DNA of 64,000 nucleotides from Clostridia bacterium. Its GTDB lineage: Bacteria; Bacillota; Clostridia; Oscillospirales; RGIG8002. Each line of letters begins with the position of its first letter. Within the stretch, counting starts at the first letter, position 1. The stretch covers positions 1,395 through 65,394 of the forward strand of contig JAFZQJ010000034.1 in NCBI GenBank assembly GCA_017620395.1, read 5' to 3'. The position numbers were made by a program, and so were the translations under genes. A model generated the notes under the pieces. That model was not told the origin of the DNA. It saw only the letters and a program-made list of their open reading frames with translations, and made no database searches. Positions 56,864 to 64,000 of the stretch are shown piece by piece.

Positions 56864-58054
56864 ATGAAAGTCAACGCTAATTTCCAGAAAATGAAACCGA
56901 GCTACCTCTTTTCCGAGATAGCGAAACGCACCGCGGAGTTCCGCGCGCAGGAGCCGGATAAGGATATAATCCGCCTCGGCATCGGCGACGTGACGCGTCC
57001 GCTTTGCCCCGCCGTCGTTGAAGCGGGCAAGAAGGCGGCGGACGAAATGGGCCGCGTCGAGACCTTCCGCGGCTACGCGCCGGACGGCGGCTATCCCTTC
57101 ATACGCGAAGCCGTCAGCCGCTACTACGCGCGTCGCGGAGTTGAGATCGCTCCCGACGAGATTTTCGTCTCCGACGGCGCGAAGTGCGACGTGGGCAACA
57201 TCCTCGATATCTTCGCCGCGGGCGTGACCGCGCTGATCCCCGACCCCGTCTATCCCGTCTACGTCGACACAAACATCATGGCGGGCAACAACATCATATA
57301 CGTAAACGGCAGCGCGGAGAACGGCTTCCTGCCCGTTCCGGACGAAAGCACGCCTCCGGCCGACCTCATCTATCTCTGCTCGCCGAATAACCCGACCGGC
57401 GCGGTCTATGACGCCGGACAGCTCGCGAAGTGGATCGCCTACGCGCGAAACTGCGGCGGCGTGATACTTTTCGACGCCGCTTACGAGGGCTTCGTCGAAG
57501 GCGGCCTTCCGCACAGCATCTTCGAGATCGAAGGCGCGAGAGAGTGCGCGATCGAGTTCTGCAGCCTCTCAAAGACCGCCGGCTTCACCGGCACGCGCTG
57601 CGCCTACACTGTCGTGCCGAAGGAGCTGAACGCCGACGGCGTGAGCCTTAACGCCCTCTGGGCGAGGCGCACCGCGACGAAGTTCAACGGCGTTTCCTAC
57701 GTCATACAGCGTATGGCGGAGGCGGCGTTGAGCGATGAGGGGCTCGCGGAAATCAAGGAAAACCTCAATTATTACAAAGAGAACGCACGCATGATATCCG
57801 CCGCGCTCGACGAGCTCGGCATCGAATACACGGGCGGCAAAAACTCGCCTTACATCTGGCTTAAATGCCCGAACGGCATGGGCTCGTGGGAGTTCTTCGA
57901 CCTGCTGCTGAAAAAAGCGGGCGTGGTCGGAACGCCTGGCGCCGGCTTCGGCGTCAACGGCGAGGGCTTCTTCCGTCTGACCGCGTTCGGAGACAGAGAA
58001 CGCACGGCGGAGGCCGTCGAGAGAATAAAGAGAACCGTCAGGGAGGAAATATAA
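56864..58054 (+). CDS. dapL: LL-diaminopimelate aminotransferase
   Basis: 396 aa with the N-terminus ..NANFQKMKPSYLFSEI.. and the PLP-lysine motif SLSKTAGFTGTRCAY. Confidence 0.88.
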   Translation: MKVNANFQKMKPSYLFSEIAKRTAEFRAQEPDKDIIRLGIGDVTRPLCPAVVEAGKKAADEMGRVETFRGYAPDGGYPFIREAVSRYYARRGVEIAPDEIFVSDGAKCDVGNILDIFAAGVTALIPDPVYPVYVDTNIMAGNNIIYVNGSAENGFLPVPDESTPPADLIYLCSPNNPTGAVYDAGQLAKWIAYARNCGGVILFDAAYEGFVEGGLPHSIFEIEGARECAIEFCSLSKTAGFTGTRCAYTVVPKELNADGVSLNALWARRTATKFNGVSYVIQRMAEAALSDEGLAEIKENLNYYKENARMISAALDELGIEYTGGKNSPYIWLKCPNGMGSWEFFDLLLKKAGVVGTPGAGFGVNGEGFFRLTAFGDRERTAEAVERIKRTVREEI

Positions 58055-59440
58055 ATGAAACATACCGATCTTTGCGATATCCACAAGAGTTATAAAGAGC
58101 TCATCGGGACCGAAATGACCGTCTGCGGCTGGATAAAATCCATCCGCGACTCAAAGCAGGTCTGCTTCGTCGAGCTCAACGACGGCACCTGCATGAAAAA
58201 CCTGCAGGTAGTCATCGACAAGGCGACCTTTGCCGACGTCGACAAGGTGCTCAGGCAGAACACCGGCGCGTCCCTCGCCGTCCACGGCAAGCTCGTCGAA
58301 TCCATCAACCCGAAGCAGCCCTTCGAGCTTCACCCCGACAGCGTCGAAGTCCTCGGCGAAGTGCCGGAGGACTACCCGCTGCAGAAGAAGGCGCATTCGC
58401 TCGAGTTCCTGCGCACGATCCCGCATCTGCGCGGCAGGACCAACACCTTCGCGGCGATGTTCCGCATCCGTTCGCAGCTCGCGGCGGCGATCCACGAATT
58501 CTTCAGGGGCAGGAACTTCACCTACGTCCACACCCCGATAATCACCGGCAGCGACTGCGAGGGCGCGGGCGAGATCTTCCACGTCACCACCCACGTCTTC
58601 GGCGAGGACATCAAGAGCGCCGAAGAATACGCCGCCACCGACTTCTTCAAGCGCACCGCCGGTCTGACCGTTTCCGGTCAGCTGGAGGGCGAAGCGATGG
58701 CGCTTTCGCTCAGCAAGATCTACACCTTCGGCCCGACCTTCCGCGCCGAGAACTCGAACACGCCGCGCCACGCCGCGGAGTTCTGGCAGATCGAGCCGGA
58801 AGTCGCGTTCGCCGATCTGTTCGACATCATCGAGCTCGCCACCGCGATGATAAAGCACATTACCAACAGCGTGCTCGTCAACTGCCCCGAGGAGATCGAC
58901 TTCTTCGAGCGCTTCTATGAGAAGGGCCTGAAGGACAAGCTCCTCAACATCGTCAACTCCGAGTTCGCCGTCGTGGAATACACCGAGGCGATCGAGCTTC
59001 TCAAGAAGTCCGGAAAGCAGTTTGACTACCCCGTCGAGTGGGGGCTTGACCTGCAGACCGAGCACGAGCGCTATTTGACCGACGAGGTCTATAAGCGCCC
59101 CGTCTTCGTCATCAACTACCCGAAGGACATCAAGTCCTTCTATATGAAGCTCAACCCGGACGGCAAGACCGTCGCGGCGACCGACCTGCTCGTTCCGGGC
59201 GTCGGAGAGATCATCGGCGCGAGCCAGAGGGAAGACAACTACGACCTGCTGATGAAGCAGATAACCGACCGCAAGATGACGATGGACGACTACGTCTGGT
59301 ACACCGACCTGCGCCGCTTCGGCTCCGTGCCGCACGCGGGCTACGGTCTCGGTTTCGAGCGTATGCTTATGTACATCACCGGCATCGGCAACATCCGCGA
59401 CACGATTCCCTTCCCGAGAGCGAAGAACCTGCTTGCGTAA
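58055..59440 (+). CDS. asnS: Asparaginyl-tRNA synthetase
   Basis: 461 aa class IIb aaRS (FRAENSNT.RH..EF, GLGFERM). The start abuts the dapL stop. Confidence 0.93.
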   Translation: MKHTDLCDIHKSYKELIGTEMTVCGWIKSIRDSKQVCFVELNDGTCMKNLQVVIDKATFADVDKVLRQNTGASLAVHGKLVESINPKQPFELHPDSVEVLGEVPEDYPLQKKAHSLEFLRTIPHLRGRTNTFAAMFRIRSQLAAAIHEFFRGRNFTYVHTPIITGSDCEGAGEIFHVTTHVFGEDIKSAEEYAATDFFKRTAGLTVSGQLEGEAMALSLSKIYTFGPTFRAENSNTPRHAAEFWQIEPEVAFADLFDIIELATAMIKHITNSVLVNCPEEIDFFERFYEKGLKDKLLNIVNSEFAVVEYTEAIELLKKSGKQFDYPVEWGLDLQTEHERYLTDEVYKRPVFVINYPKDIKSFYMKLNPDGKTVAATDLLVPGVGEIIGASQREDNYDLLMKQITDRKMTMDDYVWYTDLRRFGSVPHAGYGLGFERMLMYITGIGNIRDTIPFPRAKNLLA

Positions 59441-59444
59441 AACT

Positions 59445-59861
59445 ATGGCGAACAGAGTTTACAACACGCGCCAGCGCGAATCGGTGCTTGCCTGCATGAA
59501 GGAGAGCGCCGGCGGACATATGACCGCGCAGCAGGTTACCGACCTGCTCCGCGCGCGCGGCGAAAAGATCGGGCTGACGACCGTCTACCGCTGCCTTGAC
59601 CGGCTGGTGGGGGAGGGCGTCCTCGTGAAGTACGCCGCCGCCGACGGCGAAAGCGCCTGCTTCCGTCTCGCCGAGTGCGGAAGCGAGAACTGCTTCCACA
59701 TGAAGTGTGAGAACTGCGGCGCGTTCTTCCATATGACCTGCGACCACCTTTCCGAGCTTGCGGAACACATCTACGGCGAGCACGACTTCACCGTCGACCC
59801 GTACAAGACGGTTTTCTACGGTATCTGCGGCGAGTGCAAACGCCGTCAGGAAGACAAATAA
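59445..59861 (+). CDS. Fur-family metalloregulator
   Basis: About 138 aa with a winged helix (..TTVYRCLDRLV..) and Cys pairs CENCG and CGECK. The 3' end overlaps the convergent PBP gene by 16 nt. Confidence 0.85.
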   Translation: MANRVYNTRQRESVLACMKESAGGHMTAQQVTDLLRARGEKIGLTTVYRCLDRLVGEGVLVKYAAADGESACFRLAECGSENCFHMKCENCGAFFHMTCDHLSELAEHIYGEHDFTVDPYKTVFYGICGECKRRQEDK

Positions 59862-61441
59862 TCGCATATCAGCTTAAAAACGGGAGCCGCGCTTCGAGAG
59901 CCGCTGCTCCCGTTTTCGCATATAACGACGATGGCGTACCGCGGGCTTTCGGCGGGGTAAAATCCGGCGAACCACGCGTTGTTCACGCGCGTTCCGTCTT
60001 CGGAAAAACTGCCCGTCTGCGCGGTCGCGGTCTTGCCGCCCGCGCCTCCGGCCTTCGGTTTCGCCGCCGCGCCGGTGCCGTTCTCGACCGCGTTGACCAT
60101 AAGCTTCCGCAGCCGCTCCGCGACCTCGGCGCTTACAACGCGCACCGGCTCGGCGGAGTCGAACGCCTCGACGACGTCGCCCGATTCGTCGCGTATCGCG
60201 GTAACGAGCCGCGGAGTCGGGCGCAGTCCGCCGTTCGCAGCGACCGAAACCATCACCGCGGCCTGTACGGGCGTAACCATGAGATCGCCCTGCCCGATTG
60301 AGAAGTTCGCGACCGCGGCGGAAGCGGCGAGCGAGCTCTTTTCAGTCAGCCGGCCAGCGTCCGTGACCATGCCGTCGGCGAGGCGGTAGGCGCGTCCGAT
60401 CCCGAAACGCGCCGCCGCGTCGTAAAGGCCGTCCGCGCCGACGTTGAGCGCCGCTTTTATGAAGTAGGGGTTGCAGCTGCCGGCGAAGGCGGCGGCGAGC
60501 CCCACGCGCCCGTGGCCGTCGTCCTTGTGGCAGCTGACGTCCCTGCCGCCGACGTGGATATATCCGCGGCAGGTGTAAACGAAGCCGTCCAGCCCCGCCT
60601 CGATTATCGAAGCGGCGGTGACGATCTTGAAGGCGCTGCCGACGCTGAACGCCGCGAAGGCGCGGTTGAGCAGGGGAGCGTCCGCGTCGGTCAAACTCTC
60701 CGCGACGCCGTTCGGGTCGTAGTCGGGGAAGGATTCGCAGGCGAGCAGGTCGCCGTTGCTTACGTCCATGACGACGACGGCGCCGCGCCGATTGCCCTCT
60801 ACGGAACAGAACGCCGCCCGCGCCATCAGCGAGAGATTTTTGTCGATCGTCAGCGCGACCGCACTCCTGCCGCCGTCGCCGCCGCGCGAAACCGCCGCGC
60901 CGGTCAGCTCGCGCCCCCGCGCGCTGACGGTCACGGAAGCGTTGACGCTCCCGCCGCCGGAGAGCACGCCGTCGAACGCCCGCTCGACGCCGGAAACGCC
61001 CTTTCCGTCGCCGTTGACGTAGCCGACGATGTGCGCCGCCACGCCGTCGGAGGGGAAGCGGCGCGGGACCTCGAGCAGCGCGACGTTTTCGAGCCGCAGA
61101 TCGCGGTCGCTGACCTTGAAGGCGAACGGCATCCCCGACTCCGCCGCCTTCGTAACGCGCTCGGGCGAAACGTCCGCCGCCTCCGCCAGACGCTTCACGG
61201 CGTATTCGCTTTTCAGCGGCGGCACGCATACGGCGTAAACGTCGCTTTCGCCGTCGACGAGCGACGCGCCGTTGCGGTCGAGGATATCCCCGCGCTGCTC
61301 CGTCAGTTTCACCGAATACCGCCGCCCCGTCGAGAGCACCGCGAGCCCGTCGTCTCCGCGCATGACGAAAAAGACCCGCACCGTGAGCGCGGTGAAGATC
61401 AGTATCAGCGCGGCGTAAAACTTCAGCGTCCGTTTCTTCAT
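59846..61441 (-). CDS. Class B penicillin-binding protein (PBP2/SpoVD-like transpeptidase)
   Basis: 531 aa with an N-terminal TM helix, a dimerisation region and an SxxK motif (GSAFK). Confidence 0.85.
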   Translation of the reverse strand: MKKRTLKFYAALILIFTALTVRVFFVMRGDDGLAVLSTGRRYSVKLTEQRGDILDRNGASLVDGESDVYAVCVPPLKSEYAVKRLAEAADVSPERVTKAAESGMPFAFKVSDRDLRLENVALLEVPRRFPSDGVAAHIVGYVNGDGKGVSGVERAFDGVLSGGGSVNASVTVSARGRELTGAAVSRGGDGGRSAVALTIDKNLSLMARAAFCSVEGNRRGAVVVMDVSNGDLLACESFPDYDPNGVAESLTDADAPLLNRAFAAFSVGSAFKIVTAASIIEAGLDGFVYTCRGYIHVGGRDVSCHKDDGHGRVGLAAAFAGSCNPYFIKAALNVGADGLYDAAARFGIGRAYRLADGMVTDAGRLTEKSSLAASAAVANFSIGQGDLMVTPVQAAVMVSVAANGGLRPTPRLVTAIRDESGDVVEAFDSAEPVRVVSAEVAERLRKLMVNAVENGTGAAAKPKAGGAGGKTATAQTGSFSEDGTRVNNAWFAGFYPAESPRYAIVVICENGSSGSRSAAPVFKLICDYLSS

Positions 61442-61536
61442 AAAAATATTTTGCCCGTTTTACTCAAGAGTATTGAAAAAAACGCGCCGATGGTGTAAAA
61501 TAACGGGTGAAAGAAAAACGAAAGGAAGTATTATAA

Positions 61537-62109
61537 ATGGAAAGAACAGTACTTATCGAATCCTCCGCCCGCCACGTCCATCTGACGCAGGAGCACGTTG
61601 AGATCCTTTTCGGCAAGGGAGCCGAGCTCACATTTAAGAAGGAGCTTTCCCAGCCCGGTCAGTTCCAGTCCGAGCAGCGCGTCGACCTCGTCGGGCCGAA
61701 GAATACGCTCAAGAATATATCCATCCTCGGACCCGTCCGCAAGGCGACGCAGGTCGAGCTTTCCTGCACCGACGCCAGAGCGCTCGGCATCAAGGTGCCC
61801 GTCCGTGAGTCCGGCGACATCGCCGGCAGCGCGCCCGTGACCATCGTCGGACCCGAAGGCAGCATCGACATCCCCGAAGGCGCGATCGCCGCGAAGCGCC
61901 ATATCCATCTGACTCCCGCGGATGCCGAAGAGTTCGGCGTGACCAACGGCCAGATCGTCAGCGTCAAGACCGAAGGTGAGCGCGGACTCGTTTTCGACAA
62001 CGTCGTCGTGCGCGTCAGCCCGAACTTCAAGAAGGCGATGCACATCGACACCGACGAAGCCAACGCCATGGGCTACGCCGGCGAGACCTACGGCGTGATC
62101 GTGGGATAA
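61537..62109 (+). CDS. pduL: Phosphate propanoyl/acetyl-transferase PduL
   Basis: 190 aa with the duplicated PduL motif (SARHVHL.., AKRHIHL..). Confidence 0.9.
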   Translation: MERTVLIESSARHVHLTQEHVEILFGKGAELTFKKELSQPGQFQSEQRVDLVGPKNTLKNISILGPVRKATQVELSCTDARALGIKVPVRESGDIAGSAPVTIVGPEGSIDIPEGAIAAKRHIHLTPADAEEFGVTNGQIVSVKTEGERGLVFDNVVVRVSPNFKKAMHIDTDEANAMGYAGETYGVIVG

Positions 62110-62122
62110 ACGGGATAAGCAT

Positions 62123-62156
62123 AAAAAGTGACGCGCCAATTGGCGCGTCACTTTTT
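62123..62156. terminator. Rho-independent terminator after pduL
   Basis: AAAAAGTGACGCGCCA-at-TGGCGCGTCACTTTTT. Confidence 0.88.
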
Positions 62157-62195
62157 ATGTAGAACTGAATAATTAGACAATGAGTGAAGCTTAGA

Positions 62196-62363
62196 CTACT
62201 TGCCGCATTTCACAACGGTATCAATTAGGCAATCAAGCGTTGTATAATAGTATTTATTATCTTTTGGCGAATTATCGTAAAACTCGTTTAGCATAAACCC
62301 GTATAGATCTTCTAGTTGTATGTCCGTCGGCTCTAATCGGAAGTTTCCGATTGAATGATTCAT
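62196..62363 (-). CDS. Possible 55-aa ORF in an AT-rich islet (not in the track)
   Basis: My translation is MNHSIGNFRLEPTDIQLEDLYGFMLNEFYDNSPKDNKYYYTTLDCLIDTVVKCGK. There is no clear SD and I recognise no motif. Confidence 0.25.
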   Translation of the reverse strand: MNHSIGNFRLEPTDIQLEDLYGFMLNEFYDNSPKDNKYYYTTLDCLIDTVVKCGK

Positions 62364-62553
62364 TATTGCTATCGGGATATTTATTTTTTTAATATAGCAT
62401 AGAAATCTTACTCTATGTAGTTTGTGATTTTGTTTTCCATAAAGGATACCTCTGTTTTGAAAGCTTTCACCTATAAGTCGCGGATTTTGGATTTGATTCG
62501 GCGTTTTTTATATTTTTTTGCCGCCGGAAATTCCGGCGGCAAAAATACTTGAA

Positions 62554-63468
62554 CTACGCTTTCTCTATCGGCAGCCACAGCTCGATATATCTGGACTGAC
62601 TTATAGTTTCATCACCGTTTTTATAGTACCAATGTGTCACTTCGATTTCCGGGGCGTCTGCAAGCTGATATCCGGACGACGGCAGCCACTCGCTTACCAT
62701 TTTTCGGCGAAGTTCCGTAATGGCGTTAGTAGGGTACCGCATCCTCTCGGTCTCGCAGATCACGAACAACTGTTTCGGAACGACGATCTTTTCAAATTCC
62801 TTGGCTTTCTCGTCATATCCTAAACCTTTTGCGAGGTTTTCCGTCCACCATTCATCAAGTTGCTGCGCAATGTAGAAATCAAATCCGTCGTCTCCGATAT
62901 TCGTTATTACGCTGTAACCGTTGTCACGATCGCCGCAGACGCCTTTCAGCAAATACTGGTTGACTCTTGAATGAACGTAGAAATCATGTTCCTGTTCATA
63001 TCTGTTTTCCGGTGCGCCGGTAAAATGTCTTTTGAACCCGGTCAAAATCATTTCCGGCTTTTCTTCGATCCTGTAGTTCATGGTTGTTCCACCCTCCAAA
63101 CTGAATTTCAGTACAAGGCGTGAAAAGGAGCGAAGCTTAGCGGATTTGTCACGTGCCTGTGACGGCAGGACGCCGTGAAAGGCTTTGAACGCACGGGCGA
63201 AGCTGTCGGGGTTGTCGTAGCCGTATTTCAGCGCGACGTCGATAACCTTTGCGCCGTCCGCCTGCAGTTCGGCGCCAGCAAGCGAAAGACGGCGGTTGCG
63301 GATATACTCGCCGAGCGTATAACCGCACAGGATCCCGAACACACGCTGAAAATGGTAAGACGACGAATATGCGACCGCCGCGACCTTTTCATAATCGATC
63401 TCGACGGTCAGATTTGCCTCGATGTAGTCAAGCGCCCCCTGCATTCCCGCGACCCAATCCATGTGCAT
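62554..63468 (-). CDS. AraC-family regulator with C-terminal GyrI-like effector-binding domain
   Basis: Has an N-terminal double HTH (..SSYHFQRVF.., ..YGYDNPDSFARAFK..) and a GyrI-like C-half. ATG 63462 is spaced better from the AAAGGAG SD than ATG 63468. Confidence 0.85.
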   Translation of the reverse strand: MHMDWVAGMQGALDYIEANLTVEIDYEKVAAVAYSSSYHFQRVFGILCGYTLGEYIRNRRLSLAGAELQADGAKVIDVALKYGYDNPDSFARAFKAFHGVLPSQARDKSAKLRSFSRLVLKFSLEGGTTMNYRIEEKPEMILTGFKRHFTGAPENRYEQEHDFYVHSRVNQYLLKGVCGDRDNGYSVITNIGDDGFDFYIAQQLDEWWTENLAKGLGYDEKAKEFEKIVVPKQLFVICETERMRYPTNAITELRRKMVSEWLPSSGYQLADAPEIEVTHWYYKNGDETISQSRYIELWLPIEKA

Positions 63469-63612
63469 TTCTCCTTTTTCCTTGTCTGTGCCGTCATTTT
63501 ACCACAGGGAGGGCATACTGTCCCGATTATTTGTGCTGAGAAATGAAGGCTCGTTACAATCCCGAAAGACTTGAAATAAGTTGTCATATTTGCGTATTAT
63601 ACGTATATTAGT

Positions 63613-63640
63613 ATTATATCTTTTTTATATGTATTGTCAA
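63613..63640 (-). promoter_or_regulatory. Putative promoter for the AraC/GyrI gene
   Basis: The minus strand reads TTGACA-16 nt-TATAAT. Confidence 0.45.
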
Positions 63641-63656
63641 GAACAAATAAGAATAA

Positions 63657-63680
63657 GAAACGCGCCTTCGGGCGCGTTTC
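63657..63680 (-). terminator. Rho-independent terminator downstream of ruvX
   Basis: GAAACGCGCC-ttcg-GGCGCGTTTC, followed on the minus strand by a T-rich tract. Confidence 0.75.
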
Positions 63681-63699
63681 TATATGCTATTTAGCGGTT

Positions 63700-64000
63700 T
63701 TACCTTTTCTTTATATAATCCAGATACCCCTGCAGTATCAGACACGCGGATGCGGTGTCGATGTTGTCCTTGCGCTTCTTGCCTTTGAAGTCGGTGGCGT
63801 TCATATACGCCGCGGCGCCGACGGTGGTCAGGCGCTCGTCCCAGAAGTAGACGCTGATGCCGCTGCGCATTTCAAGCTCGAAGGCGAACGCCGCCGCCTT
63901 TTCCGCGCGCGGACCGCGCGTGCCGTTCATATTCAGCGGCAGCCCCATGATTATCTGCGCGCAGTTGTTCTCGTGCGCGAAGGCGGATATCCTGTCGATT
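63700..64000 (-). CDS. ruvX: Holliday-junction resolvase-like RuvX/YqgF, C-terminal part (gene continues past the window end)
   Basis: ..GLPLNMNGTRGPRAEKAAAFAFEL...WDERLTT..A motif. The frame is open to the window edge. Confidence 0.85.
   Translation of the reverse strand, partial: IDRISAFAHENNCAQIIMGLPLNMNGTRGPRAEKAAAFAFELEMRSGISVYFWDERLTTVGAAAYMNATDFKGKKRKDNIDTASACLILQGYLDYIKKR

Noticed and set aside
62513-62545. The hairpin after the AraC/GyrI gene was considered as a rho-independent terminator.
   Set aside because: The T-tract is upstream and the A-tract downstream on both strands, which is the wrong polarity for an intrinsic terminator. It is kept only as an unexplained hairpin.

Overview
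This is a 64-kb chromosomal segment of a high-GC Firmicutes/Clostridia-type genome. Hand-counted 60-nt samples of core genes give about 62-65% G+C. Gene starts have strong GGAGG-type ribosome-binding sites, and dnaD/dnaI, IreB, a SpoIVFB-like M50 protease, a V-type ATPase and an LL-DAP aminotransferase are all present. Core blocks in order: a pur operon (purC' F M N, PurO-type IMP cyclohydrolase, AICARFT-only purH, purD, fused purL) with a translationally coupled YgjP-like gene; an LTA-synthase-family gene; a rubredoxin missing from the ORF track because it is under 60 aa; a long minus-strand block prs-pth-proS-dnaD-dnaI-mfd-prsA; ppdK; pheST; ireB; ynbB-like/metA; a nine-gene Na+-type V-ATPase operon; M50 protease; dapL-asnS-fur; a PBP; pduL; an AraC/GyrI regulator; and a ruvX fragment. 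The accessory content is more interesting. (1) An apparent five-gene operon at about 31.3-36.8 kb encodes an ECF-like sigma factor, a membrane anti-sigma-like protein and three secreted proteins. All three end in near-identical dockerin (F-hand) cassettes finishing in AAKLA-stop. A fourth dockerin copy sits inside an AT-rich CHAP-ricin-Fn3-Big2-SH3 wall hydrolase at 51.0-53.2 kb. No cohesin partner is visible in the window. (2) A Y-family polymerase gene (dinB) diverges from an XRE repressor / ImmA(COG2856) metalloprotease pair. The shared control region carries four phased GTGAAA sites and two predicted crossing promoters. This looks like a dedicated LexA-independent damage switch. (3) Two short repeat families are present. 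One is a REP-like 'gtcat(c/t)c(c/t)ga..ggat/aatcc' unit, found three times intergenically and once as an 87-nt in-frame insertion in a secreted beta-propeller-like protein. The other is a 245-bp MITE-like element with about 70-bp terminal inverted repeats in the immA 3' region. I saw no rRNA, tRNA, CRISPR array, transposase or integrase. Many long antisense ORFs in the track are GC-driven artefacts. All promoter, terminator and domain calls were made by eye, without searches.
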